Source of the DNA: Actinomycetes bacterium
GTDB taxonomy: Bacteria > Actinomycetota > Acidimicrobiia > Acidimicrobiales > JAJYXR01
DNA: 59,875 nt
NCBI GenBank assembly: GCA_021801525.1
Contig: JAJYXW010000159.1
Coordinates: 1-59,875 of the forward strand
Direction of reading: 5' to 3'
The notes under the pieces were generated by a model, which ran no database searches, had not been told where the DNA came from, and was given only the letters and a program-made list of their open reading frames with translations. Below are positions 51,120 to 59,791 of this stretch, piece by piece; the stretch's first letter is position 1; each line of letters begins with the position of its first letter. A program made the translations under genes and the position numbers.

Positions 51120-51211
51120 TCTCGAGCGCGGAGCTGGTCCGCGACCGCCGGCCGGTAGAGCGCGCTGTCGCAACTACCTTGCCGAGCCCCGCTGTGGCAG
51201 GCTCTTCGCCC

Positions 51212-52705
51212 GTGCACGACTCTTCGCCCGCGCCCGTTCCAGGCACGTCGCCCTCGCCCGTTCCAGGCACGTCGCCCGCGCCCGTTCCAGGCACGTCGCC
51301 CGCTTCCCGGGTGCCGTACCGCTTCGAGCGAACCTCGGGTGCCTCCGAGGTGCATGCGAGGTTCGACACACTGGCGTCCGGAGAGGAGTCCGGCCAGGTC
51401 GTCTCCGTGGCAGGACGCTGCATGCTCGTGCGCCGCCAGGGCCGTCTCGTGTTCGCCACACTCCGCGACGCGTCGGGGTCAGTTCAGCTCTTCGCACGCT
51501 CGGGGGTCACCGAGGATCTCGAAGGTTTCTCCAAGCTGTCACTGGGCGACTGGGTCGGCGCGAGCGGTCAGGTCATGAAGACGCGCCGTGGAGAGCTGTC
51601 GGTGGAGGTGGCGACCTGGGAGCTGCTTGCCGAGGCACGCCGACCTTTCGGTGACAAATGGCATGGCGTTAGCGATGTGGAGACGCGCTTTCGCCAGCGC
51701 GAGGTGGACCTCTGGGCCAACGAGCGCTCCCGTGAGGTGCTGCTGCTCAGGAGCCGGGTGGTCGAGTCGCTCCGGAGGAGATTGTGGGACCGGGGCTTCG
51801 TGGAGGTGGAGACGCCGATGCTCCATCCGATCCCCGGGGGGGCGCTTGCGAAGCCGTTCGTGACCCACCACGAGGCCCTCGACTGCGACTTGTTCCTCCG
51901 CATAGCGCCCGAGCTGTACCTGAAGCGCCTCGTGGTCGGAGGTTTCGACAAGGTGTTCGAGATGGGGAGGGTGTTCAGGAACGAGGGGATATCTCCTAGG
52001 CACAATCCCGAGTTCACGATCCTCGAGCTCTATCAGGCCTATGCCGACTATACGGACCTGATGATCCTTGTGGAGGAGCTCGTCAGCGCCCTCGCTGGCG
52101 AGCTGACCGGCTCGGCGGTGGTCTCCTACCAGGGCCGGCAGGTGGACCTCTCACCGCCGTGGAGGCGTGCGACCCTGTCGGAGCTGGTGGGCGAGGCGAC
52201 TGGCGAGGAAGTCGACGTGCATACTCCGCTGGCTGACCTCCGGCGCCTGGCCGGATCGGTGGGGATCGAGGCCGAACCTGCATGGGGATCGGGGAAGCTC
52301 CTACTCGAGATCTACGAGAAGGCCGCCGAGGGCGAGCTGTGGGGACCGGTGCTCGTTCTCGACTTTCCAGCTGAAGTCTCCCCGCTTGCCCGCCGCCATC
52401 GCTCCGATCCCGACCTCGCGGAGCGCTTCGAGGTGATCGTCGCCGGCAGGGAGCTCGCGAACGCCTTCAGCGAGCTGGTGGACCCCGACGACCAGAGGGC
52501 ACGCTTTGTCGCGCAGGCCGAGGCACGTGCCAGGGGAGACGCCGAGGCAATGGCGGTGGACGAGGAGTACCTTCGGGCGTTGGAGCATGGCCTGCCACCC
52601 ACTGCAGGGCTAGGCATCGGCGTCGACCGCCTGGCCATGCTGCTAGCAGACGTGGCGAACATCCGCGAGGTGATCGCTTTTCCCACCCTTCGCCCGGAGC
52701 GCTGA
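51212..52705 (+). CDS. lysS: Lysyl-tRNA synthetase (class II); start uncertain, 24-bp repeats in the N-terminus
   Basis: VEVETPML, GGALAKPF, LRIAPELYLKRL, FRNEG...HNPEF, ELANAFSEL and GLGIGVDRL motifs. Confidence 0.96.
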   Translation: MHDSSPAPVPGTSPSPVPGTSPAPVPGTSPASRVPYRFERTSGASEVHARFDTLASGEESGQVVSVAGRCMLVRRQGRLVFATLRDASGSVQLFARSGVTEDLEGFSKLSLGDWVGASGQVMKTRRGELSVEVATWELLAEARRPFGDKWHGVSDVETRFRQREVDLWANERSREVLLLRSRVVESLRRRLWDRGFVEVETPMLHPIPGGALAKPFVTHHEALDCDLFLRIAPELYLKRLVVGGFDKVFEMGRVFRNEGISPRHNPEFTILELYQAYADYTDLMILVEELVSALAGELTGSAVVSYQGRQVDLSPPWRRATLSELVGEATGEEVDVHTPLADLRRLAGSVGIEAEPAWGSGKLLLEIYEKAAEGELWGPVLVLDFPAEVSPLARRHRSDPDLAERFEVIVAGRELANAFSELVDPDDQRARFVAQAEARARGDAEAMAVDEEYLRALEHGLPPTAGLGIGVDRLAMLLADVANIREVIAFPTLRPER

Positions 52706-52764
52706 TCGCCGACAGCGCTGGTTGTCCACAGCGCTGGTTGTCCACAGCGCTGATCGCCCACAGC
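52701..52764. repeat. 16-bp tandem repeat x4 in two variants, starting over the lysS stop codon
   Basis: GCTGATCGCC(G/C)ACAGC and GCTGGTTGTCCACAGC in A-B-B-A order; TGA 52703-52705 lies in the first unit. Confidence 0.85.
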
Positions 52765-52765
52765 A

Positions 52766-53650
52766 TCAGGCCCCGGCGCGTAGACGGCCTCGAAGAGCAC
52801 CGAGCGCGAGGGTCATTCCCACGATGCCGATGCCGCCGAGAGCCCCGAGACCTTCGAGAAGGCTTGCCGGCCGCCATCCTGCGGTTTCGAGGGACCTGAG
52901 TGCCCCGAGCAGGTACGTCACCGGGTTGTACGTGGCGATGACCGAGAACCAGCCGGTCAGTGCTGCCTTCGGGACCACGGCGTCGGTGAGGAAGAACAGG
53001 GGGAAGAAGGTGACGAAGACGGCGTTCACTGCTGCTGGGCTGCCGGTCTTCAGAGCCACGGCGTACGGGAATCCGGTGAAGGCCAGGCCCCAGAGCGCGG
53101 AGATGCCCACGAACGCTGCGATGCCGGGTATTCCCGTGCGGAAATGCACGCCGACAGCGAAGCCGACGACCAATACAGGCACGCATAGGGCAATGACTAC
53201 GACGACATCGGCCGCCATCAGCCCGAGCAGCAGGGCCACCCGGCGGACCGGTGTCATGAGAAGCCTGTCGAAGTACCCGTCCTGGATGTCGGTTACGAGA
53301 GTCGGCGCCCTGGACATTCCCGTAACGGCAAAGGCGACTGCCATCGGCAGCAAGAATGCCTTGTAGTCGAAGCCCGCTGCGCCGCTTGCCAGCTTCTCCA
53401 GGGCTCCCAGGTTCACGGCATAGAAGAACGCCGGCACGAACACAGCGGGCAGGACGGAGGACGGCTCACGTGGAACCTGGCGCAGCGCTCTTCCGGCGAC
53501 GACGCGCAAGTCCGCTAGGAAAGTCGAGCCGGCGGCCCGCCGCTCGAGATGCCGCTCGGGATGCCGCTCGGGGTGCGGCTCGGGATGCCGCGCGCCACCC
53601 GCCGTGCTTCGAAGGTCATCCGCTCGCACTCCCAACGTTCTCGCGTTCAC
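52766..53650 (-). CDS. ABC-2 type transporter permease (DrrB-like)
   Basis: DIQDGYFDRLLMTP and NPVTYLLGALR motifs; 6 TM; GTGA overlap with the ATPase gene. Confidence 0.88.
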   Translation of the reverse strand: MNARTLGVRADDLRSTAGGARHPEPHPERHPERHLERRAAGSTFLADLRVVAGRALRQVPREPSSVLPAVFVPAFFYAVNLGALEKLASGAAGFDYKAFLLPMAVAFAVTGMSRAPTLVTDIQDGYFDRLLMTPVRRVALLLGLMAADVVVVIALCVPVLVVGFAVGVHFRTGIPGIAAFVGISALWGLAFTGFPYAVALKTGSPAAVNAVFVTFFPLFFLTDAVVPKAALTGWFSVIATYNPVTYLLGALRSLETAGWRPASLLEGLGALGGIGIVGMTLALGALRGRLRAGA

Positions 53651-54684
53651 CGGAGAGCCCCCGCGTCGATGGCTGACCCTGTCGTCGCGAAGAAGACGTC
53701 GTCGAGGGAGGGTGTGCGGACCTCGAGGCTCTTCACTCGCAGTCCCGCGCTCGTCAGGCCGAGCACCAGCTCCGACAGGATGCCCGAGGCGTCTGGAGTG
53801 CCGACGGTGAAGGTGCTGCCTGACTGCGCTACGGACGTACAACCTCGCACCTGTCCGAGCGCCGCCAGCGCCTGAGAAGCTTCACCATCCACCTCCAGGG
53901 AAATGAGCTCCAGGCCCACTTCGCGTTTTAGCACTTCGGGCGGGCCTTGGGCTACGAGCCTTCCTCCGGAGATGATGCCTATCCGCCCTGCCAGCGCATC
54001 GGCCTCCTCGAGGTACTGGGTGGTGAGGAAGATAGTCATGCTCATCTCGGCGTTGAGGCGCCGGACCTCTTCCCATACCTTCGTCCTGCTCCAGGGGTCT
54101 AGCCCTGTCGTCGGCTCGTCGAGGAAGAGGACCTCGGGCTCGTGAACGAGAGCTGCGGCAAGGTCGAGGCGGCGCTTCATCCCGCCGGAATAGGTGGCGA
54201 TCCTCCGGTCGATGGCACTGCCTATGTCCACCAGGTCGAGCACTTGCTCGAGCCGCTTGCGGACTTGCGCCGATCTCATGCCGAAGAGGCGCCCCTGGAG
54301 CACGAGGAGCTCTCTCCCGGTCTGCTTGCCGTCGAGGGCCGCCTCCTGGAGAGCAGCGCCGATCCTCGTCCGCACTTCCATGGGCGCTTGCGCGACGTCG
54401 AACCCGGCTACGACTGCCCGTCCGGCACTCGGCGCGAGCAAGGTGCAGAGCATGCGGACGAGAGTCGACTTGCCCGCGCCGTTCGGTCCGAGGAACCCGT
54501 AGACCTCCCCCTTGCGCACCTCGAGGTCGAGGTGGTCGACCGCTGTCTTCGCTCCGTAGGAGCGAGTGAGGCCCTCGGCCATGACCGCGACCGGGGCGCG
54601 ACCCGATCCGCGTCCTCCAGCAGGAAGCTCTGCTTCTCGAGCGGCAGGACGCGACGAGAGTACATACTCATCATTATCTAACAT
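53647..54684 (-). CDS. ABC transporter ATP-binding protein (DrrA-like)
   Basis: GPNGAGKST, YSGGMKRRL, LDEPTTGLD and TTQYLEEAD motifs. Confidence 0.93.
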   Translation of the reverse strand: MLDNDEYVLSSRPAAREAELPAGGRGSGRAPVAVMAEGLTRSYGAKTAVDHLDLEVRKGEVYGFLGPNGAGKSTLVRMLCTLLAPSAGRAVVAGFDVAQAPMEVRTRIGAALQEAALDGKQTGRELLVLQGRLFGMRSAQVRKRLEQVLDLVDIGSAIDRRIATYSGGMKRRLDLAAALVHEPEVLFLDEPTTGLDPWSRTKVWEEVRRLNAEMSMTIFLTTQYLEEADALAGRIGIISGGRLVAQGPPEVLKREVGLELISLEVDGEASQALAALGQVRGCTSVAQSGSTFTVGTPDASGILSELVLGLTSAGLRVKSLEVRTPSLDDVFFATTGSAIDAGALR

Positions 54685-54716
54685 ACGGGACAGTATGACG
54701 TATTCTGATGAGTAGG
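54663..54716. promoter_or_regulatory. AT-rich region with probable TetR operator sites
   Basis: CATAC-N6-GTATG palindrome (54682-54697) flanked by inverted TACTCATCA (54665) and TGATGAGTA (54706). Confidence 0.55.
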
Positions 54717-54762
54717 ACAAGTCCGATGTCGCAGCCGGGTTGGCCTGCCTGCGTGTGCCTAC

Positions 54763-54866
54763 GCCAAGATGCCCAGTGCCAAGATGCCCAGTGCCAAGAT
54801 GCCCAGTGCCAAGATGCCCAGTGCCAAGATGCCCAGTGCCAAGATGCCCAGTGCCAAGATGCCCAG
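54763..54866. repeat. 15-bp tandem repeat GCCAAGATGCCCAGT, 7 copies
   Basis: Counted directly in the divergent intergenic region. Confidence 0.95.
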
Positions 54867-54920
54867 AGGATGGGCCCATAGGGTCCGAAACGATTTTCAG
54901 GGGACCTGCCACCAAGGAAC

Positions 54921-55538
54921 ATGCCGATCGAGCCCCTAACACCGGAGCGCCGCCGCCAGCAGACTCGTGAGCACTTGCTCGCGGCGGCTGCGCAAGTCTT
55001 CGCCGAGCGCGGATTTCACGGAGCGACGCTCGACGAGGTTGCTGCGGTCGCGGGTTTCACCAAGGGCGCGGTGTACTCCAACTTCGCGAACAAGGAGGAG
55101 CTGTTCCTCGCCTTGTTCCAAGCCGGTTTCGAGCGCGAGCTCGAGGCGCTCCACGCAACTCTCGCGATGTCGGCCGCTCCGCCCGAATCTCGTATCTCCG
55201 ACTTCGTGAAGCTGATAGAGGACGAATGGCAGAGCGAGCCTCGTGATCTCGGAGTCCTCTTCCAGGAGTTCTGGCTGTACGCGCTGAGAAACCCGGCAGC
55301 GCGCGAGCGCCTCGTGGATCTCGAGGAGCAGCAGGTGCGATCGATTTCCCACATCCTCCAAGAAGAGCGTCAGCGGCTCGGCTGGGAGCCTCTCGAATCG
55401 CCCGAGAGGACTGCGCGCCTCGTCGTGATGCTGTTCCGAGGAATCTCTTCGCTCAGGATCCTTCAACCCGAGGCAGTGGACAGGGATCTGGTCGAGGCCG
55501 CCATATCCTTCGTCGCGCGAGCTCTCGAGGGCGCATGA
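54921..55538 (+). CDS. TetR/AcrR family regulator
   Basis: FAERGFHGATLDEVAAVAGFTKGAVYSNFANKEELF helix-turn-helix; AAGGA RBS. Confidence 0.95.
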   Translation: MPIEPLTPERRRQQTREHLLAAAAQVFAERGFHGATLDEVAAVAGFTKGAVYSNFANKEELFLALFQAGFERELEALHATLAMSAAPPESRISDFVKLIEDEWQSEPRDLGVLFQEFWLYALRNPAARERLVDLEEQQVRSISHILQEERQRLGWEPLESPERTARLVVMLFRGISSLRILQPEAVDRDLVEAAISFVARALEGA

Positions 55539-55636
55539 CGCGGTGGTAGGTCCGGCCGGCCGAGGAGAGGCCGTGCCGCCTGGCTGGGTGCTGCGGCCGG
55601 TAAGCTTCGTCTCCCGTGCCAGGCAAGCATTCTCGG

Positions 55637-56764
55637 ATGGCGCAGAGCGCCGTGAGGTCGCGCGCAGCCGTTCACCGTCGCAGGAGGCTGACGGTCGTGG
55701 CGCTGGGCGCCCTGCTCGTGCTGGCGGTTGCTGCCCTTGCCGTTGCCGCCGGCAGGCATGGCGAGCCTGGCAGATCGAAGACCCCGCGCGTAACCGAGGC
55801 CGCTCCTAGCACTGCGGGCGACTCCACCACGACCTCGGATGCGAAGGGATCTGTGCCTCGGGCCTATGCCATCGGCTCCACGAGCATCGTCGTCAACGAG
55901 CCCGGCAAGGAGCTGCTCCCGCCCCACAGCCCGGATGGGAACCTGCCTGCTCCAAGGCGGGTGACGGCGGAGATCCTCTACCCGGCTGCGGGGCCGGCGC
56001 CTGCTCAGCCTGCTCCGGCTGTACCCGGCGCGCATCCTGCAGCGGGGGGACCGTTCCCTCTGGTGGTGTTCGGTCCCGGCTTCGACGAGCCTGTGTCCGC
56101 ATACCTCCCGCTGCTCGAAGCGTGGGCGCGAAATGGATTCGTGGTGGCAGCTCTCACGTTCCCGCTCACCAACCCTGGCGCTCCCGGGGGGCCTTACCGG
56201 CCCGACATATTGAACCAGCCGGCCGACATGGCCGCGGTCACGAGAGCACTGCTCTCCGACGCAGTATCGACCACGGGTGTCCTCCACGGCATGGTGGAGC
56301 CTTCCGAAGTGGTGCTGAGCGGTCAGTCCGACGGCGGGGACACAGCGCTGGCGCTGGCCTACAACACGTGCTGCCGTAGCATCGACGTCGCAGCTGTCGT
56401 GGTGCTTTCCGGCTCCGAGCTCCACTCTTACGGAGGCTTTCCCGGTACGTTCTTCCCCGCCGGTGCAAAGTTGCCGCCGCTGCTCGGCTTCCAGGGTACG
56501 AACGACCCGACCCTGAACCCACCGGCGTACACCGACCAGTACTTCGCCGCAGCGCCGGAGCCCAAGTACCTGGTTTGCCTGAGCGGTGCGGACCATCTCG
56601 AGGCGTACACGACGACCGACGCCTACGAGCAGGTCGTGGCGGCAGCGAGTACCGACTTCATAGATCATTACGTGCTGCACCGGCCGGGTTCGCTCGCCGC
56701 AATGCTGAAGACGGCGGAGGTACCTGGAGTGGCCTACCAGGCGTCGAGCTGCCCCCTCCAGTGA
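55637..56764 (+). CDS. Membrane-anchored/secreted alpha/beta hydrolase (chlorophyllase/PAF-AH-like)
   Basis: GPFPLVVFGPG, GFVVAA, NQPAD, GQSDGG nucleophile, QGTND and GADH motifs. Confidence 0.8.
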   Translation: MAQSAVRSRAAVHRRRRLTVVALGALLVLAVAALAVAAGRHGEPGRSKTPRVTEAAPSTAGDSTTTSDAKGSVPRAYAIGSTSIVVNEPGKELLPPHSPDGNLPAPRRVTAEILYPAAGPAPAQPAPAVPGAHPAAGGPFPLVVFGPGFDEPVSAYLPLLEAWARNGFVVAALTFPLTNPGAPGGPYRPDILNQPADMAAVTRALLSDAVSTTGVLHGMVEPSEVVLSGQSDGGDTALALAYNTCCRSIDVAAVVVLSGSELHSYGGFPGTFFPAGAKLPPLLGFQGTNDPTLNPPAYTDQYFAAAPEPKYLVCLSGADHLEAYTTTDAYEQVVAAASTDFIDHYVLHRPGSLAAMLKTAEVPGVAYQASSCPLQ

Positions 56765-57039
56765 GTTGGAGCAGCGAGCGTCACAGGCTCCAGGTAGCGT
56801 TGACAGTGATCGGATCACGCTGGTGATCCCCCTCGACCGCCGGCTGCTCGTGCCCGGGTGGGCCGGATCGGTCACTCGCCCCTAGTACTGGGGTCTCAGT
56901 GATCGCTTACCTGGCAGGGCGTCGTCCGGGTAGCTGCAAGTCCCTAGGCATGGCGACGGCTGTGCGCTTCGGGCCGCGCCGCGCCCTTGCCCTGCCTCGT
57001 TGGGTGCATCACGTTCGCACCAGATGGAGGGAGCAGGAG

Positions 57040-57855
57040 ATGACCGTCAGGAACAATCACCCAGAGCTCGTCGAGAAGTTGGCAGAGGGGATCGCGAACC
57101 TCACCTCGACTGATCAGTGGCAGCGCTACCTCGACTTCCAGAGCCGGTTCCACCGCTACAGCTTCGGGAACGTCCTATTGATCGCCGCCCAGTGCCACGA
57201 GGCGACGCAGGTGGCGGGCTTCAATGCGTGGCGGAAGATGAACCGCTTCGTCCGCAAGGGAGAGAAGGCCATCTTCGTGCTCGCCCCGATGGTCTACAAG
57301 TTCGCCGATACCGACAGCGGCGAGAACGATCGGGTGATCCGTGGGTTCAAGTTCGTGCCGGTGTTCGACGTCGCCCAGACCGACGGCGAAGAGCTGCCTT
57401 CCGTCTGCAGGCGGCTCGACGGTGACGATACCGGAGGGCACTACAGCCAACTCCTCGGTGTTGCCCAGTCCCTCGGATTCAAAGTGGTGGACCAGGAGCT
57501 CGACGGATCCACCAACGGCGATTGCGACCACGCCGAGCGCCGCATCCGGGTCGAGGTACGGAACACTCCCGCCCAGCGATTGAAGACGCTCGCTCACGAG
57601 ATCGCCCATGCACTTCTCCACGAGACCTTCGACAGCCGCCCCGTCGCAGAGCTGGAGGCGGAGTCCGCTGCCTACGTCGTCTGCCAGTCGCTCGGGGTCG
57701 ACACGAGCGACTACTCCTTCGGGTACGTGGCATCCTGGGCTGGCGGCGGCGACCGGGCGATCGCCGGGATCAAGGCGTCCTGCGAGCGTATCCAGAGGGC
57801 AGCAGCGACGATCCTCTGTGCTTTCGAGCCTGTCGAACGCGAGGAGGCAGCATGA
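57040..57855 (+). CDS. ArdC-like ssDNA-binding protein with an ImmA/IrrE-type metallopeptidase domain
   Basis: RFHRYSFGNVLLIAAQ, VAGFNAW...VRKGEKAI, VFDVAQTDG, TLAHEIAH, ELEAESAAY and SFGYVASW motifs. Confidence 0.88.
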   Translation: MTVRNNHPELVEKLAEGIANLTSTDQWQRYLDFQSRFHRYSFGNVLLIAAQCHEATQVAGFNAWRKMNRFVRKGEKAIFVLAPMVYKFADTDSGENDRVIRGFKFVPVFDVAQTDGEELPSVCRRLDGDDTGGHYSQLLGVAQSLGFKVVDQELDGSTNGDCDHAERRIRVEVRNTPAQRLKTLAHEIAHALLHETFDSRPVAELEAESAAYVVCQSLGVDTSDYSFGYVASWAGGGDRAIAGIKASCERIQRAAATILCAFEPVEREEAA

Positions 57856-58169
57856 GCTGGGTGCGCGACCGTGAGCTCGAGGATGCGATCTTCGAGCAGC
57901 TATCCCGGGTTGCAGCGTCAACCGGCCCGTCGTCAACCGGCCCGTCGTCGTCCGGCCCGTCGTCAACGGGCCCGCTTGGCGCGGCGTCCGCCCGGGGGCG
58001 CTTCGAGCCCCACGTCACGGCAAGGCACATGAAGGATCGGCCTCTACTTGTCACCTCGACGCTTTGGCTGCGTGCGATCACTCACTGCTCGCGGACGAGG
58101 ATGGAGCAGATCACGTCCTCGGGGCAGGCTGCTGGATCGACCGAGTCTGCGTGTCGGAGCAGCCCCTGA
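57852..58169 (+). CDS. Possible short or remnant ORF coupled to the ArdC-like gene
   Basis: ATGA overlap and GAGGAGG RBS, but it contains a 15-bp repeat and runs into the convergent MerR gene. Confidence 0.3.
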   Translation: MSWVRDRELEDAIFEQLSRVAASTGPSSTGPSSSGPSSTGPLGAASARGRFEPHVTARHMKDRPLLVTSTLWLRAITHCSRTRMEQITSSGQAAGSTESACRSSP

Positions 58170-58483
58170 AGCTCGCGCTTTGCCGCCCGTAGCTCGGCGA
58201 GCCGGGCGTCGATCTGCTCGAGGTGGTGGTGGAGGAGGTTCTGGACATGCACACACGGGGCTCGGCCCTCCGAGCGAATGGCAAGGACCTGGGCTATCTC
58301 CCGCAGCGTCAGACCCGCCGACCGGGCGTGCTGCACGAAGTGCAGGCGCTGTGCCGCGTCCGTGCCGTAGGAGCGGTAGCCGTTCGCTTCCCGTTCCGGC
58401 GCTGCGAGCAACCCGATCTGTTCGTAGTACCGGATCGTCTTTGTCGGGAAACCCGTGACATCCGCCAGCTCGCCGATCTGCAT
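58082..58483 (-). CDS. MerR family heavy-metal-responsive regulator
   Basis: MQIGELA...TIRYYEQIGLL...NGYRSY; Cys ligands in PCVHV and ACPEDVIC; GGAGG RBS. Confidence 0.93.
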   Translation of the reverse strand: MQIGELADVTGFPTKTIRYYEQIGLLAAPEREANGYRSYGTDAAQRLHFVQHARSAGLTLREIAQVLAIRSEGRAPCVHVQNLLHHHLEQIDARLAELRAAKRELQGLLRHADSVDPAACPEDVICSILVREQ

Positions 58484-58494
58484 GCGATACCTCC

Positions 58495-58526
58495 TTGACC
58501 TTCCACCCTGATGGAAGGTTTACCCT
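58495..58526 (+). promoter_or_regulatory. MerR-type promoter/operator
   Basis: TTGACC - 20 bp - TACCCT with dyad ACCTTCCA-N6-TGGAAGGT overlapping the spacer. Confidence 0.85.
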
Positions 58527-58545
58527 CAGTGTAGGAGGTATCACC

Positions 58546-58860
58546 ATGAACGTAACCGTCTTGTACATCGACGGCTGCCCGAACCTGGAGCCACTCTTGG
58601 CCGAGCTGGACGACCTGCTTGCTGACCGGGCCGGTACCGTCGTCACTTCGACCATCGTCCGCACCGAGGACGAGGCTCGGCGCCTCGGCTTCCATGGGTC
58701 GCCAACCGTGCTCGTGGACGGGCGCGACCCTTTCCCCGCGCCGTCTGGGCCGGTCGGTCTGTCGTGTCGTCAGTACCCGTGCTGCAGCGAAGACGGTGGG
58801 CGAGTGCCTGGGTTTCCGTCGCGGGCGAGGCTGGCAGAGGTGCTAGGGCTCACCGCCTGA
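58546..58860 (+). CDS. Thioredoxin-like small protein of the type found beside mer genes
   Basis: AGGAGG RBS; LYIDGCPN, FHGSPTVLVDGRDPF and LSCRQY motifs. Confidence 0.8.
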   Translation: MNVTVLYIDGCPNLEPLLAELDDLLADRAGTVVTSTIVRTEDEARRLGFHGSPTVLVDGRDPFPAPSGPVGLSCRQYPCCSEDGGRVPGFPSRARLAEVLGLTA

Positions 58861-58995
58861 CAGGGAGACGGGGTCGTCAGGTAGGGGAGACCGTCGAGCC
58901 ACATCCCTTCGATGTCGGCGCGGCTCGGCGTTACGGACGAGCACGCGGTTCGCGCCCGTTCTGATCGCCAATGCGAAGGCACAGGTCAGGATCCA

Positions 58996-59023
58996 GGTGG
59001 GCCGTAGTCACTCGTATTCGAAC
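58996..59023. repeat. 28-bp direct repeat, copy 1 (candidate recombination site, tRNA-3'-end-like on the minus strand)
   Basis: GGTGGGCCGTAGTCACTCGTATTCGAAC; 27/28 identical to 59698-59725. Confidence 0.9.
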
Positions 59024-59083
59024 CTCGACGACGTCTGGAGACGTCTCGCCTGCAGGCTCCCCCGCGGTGATATAGTCTTAGTT

Positions 59084-59374
59084 ATGGTCACTTCTGCTTC
59101 CGAACAGGTCTCCCTGGCCGATGCCAAGGCACGTCTGTCCGAGGTCGTCGAAGGGATCGAGACCGAGCACCGTCGGGTGGTTATCACCAAGCACGGCCGC
59201 CCGAGCGTGGTAGTGCTCGCGGTCGAGGACCTCGAGGCGCTCGAAGATACGCTCGACGTACTGTCGGATGCCGACGCGATGGCCGACCTCCGGGAGGCGG
59301 CAACCGCTCGGCGAACCGGCCAGACGATCGAGCTGACCAAGGAGGCCGCGGTCGCCCGCTGGTCGCGTGGATGA
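59084..59374 (+). CDS. Phd/YefM family antitoxin
   Basis: SLADAKARLSEVV, VVITKHGRP and LEALEDTLDVLSD motifs; TGnTATAGT extended -10 just upstream (probably leaderless). Confidence 0.92.
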   Translation: MVTSASEQVSLADAKARLSEVVEGIETEHRRVVITKHGRPSVVVLAVEDLEALEDTLDVLSDADAMADLREAATARRTGQTIELTKEAAVARWSRG

Positions 59375-59645
59375 GTATGGCCTCCGGTGGTCGCCGCCCG
59401 CAGTTCGCCAACTCGACCATCTCGCGAAATCCTCGCCACGTGTCGTGGGCGCAGTCGTCGAGTTCTGCTTCGGACGCCTGATCGCCAACCCGCACCGAAT
59501 CGGTCATCCTCTAGGACGGGAGCTCGAAGGCTGGTACAGCGCGCGTGTCGGGGCGTATCGCGTCATCTACTGGATCGACGAAGACGAGCGCGTCGTCTAC
59601 GTCGACCGAGTCGACCATCGAAGCGACGTCTACCGTCCGAAGTGA
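59367..59645 (+). CDS. RelE/ParE family toxin
   Basis: NPHRIGHPLGRELEGWYSARVGAYRVIY...VDHRSDVYR; overlaps the antitoxin stop. Confidence 0.92.
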   Translation: MDEYGLRWSPPAVRQLDHLAKSSPRVVGAVVEFCFGRLIANPHRIGHPLGRELEGWYSARVGAYRVIYWIDEDERVVYVDRVDHRSDVYRPK

Positions 59646-59697
59646 GCATGTCCACCGGGCTCTCACGGGCCGAATAGCGACGCAAGGCCTCCTCGCT

Positions 59698-59725
59698 GGT
59701 GGGCCGTAGTCGCTCGTATTCGAAC
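59698..59725. repeat. 28-bp direct repeat, copy 2
   Basis: GGTGGGCCGTAGTCGCTCGTATTCGAAC. Confidence 0.9.
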
Positions 59726-59771
59726 TCCGATGACATGCGGCAAACTCAAAGTGCTCGAGCCCGCTCAGGAG

Positions 59772-59791
59772 ATGATGTAAGCTTACATCAT
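59772..59791. promoter_or_regulatory. Perfect 20-bp palindrome, probable autoregulatory operator
   Basis: ATGATGTAAG|CTTACATCAT overlapping ATG 59790. Confidence 0.75.

Noticed and set aside
50600-51178. Long N-terminal extension of lysS
   Set aside because: Overlaps coaX in another frame; LysRS similarity begins near VPYRFERT (about 51310)
58996-59023. Canonical XerC/D dif or pdif site
   Set aside because: Length is 28 bp and the left 11 bp resemble the E. coli XerC arm (7/11), but the right arm lacks TTATG and the inner TAA/TTA dyad
58996-59725. Real tRNA genes at the 28-bp repeats
   Set aside because: Only a T-loop-like and CCA-end-like fragment is present, with wrong spacing and no pairing T-stem, D arm or anticodon arm
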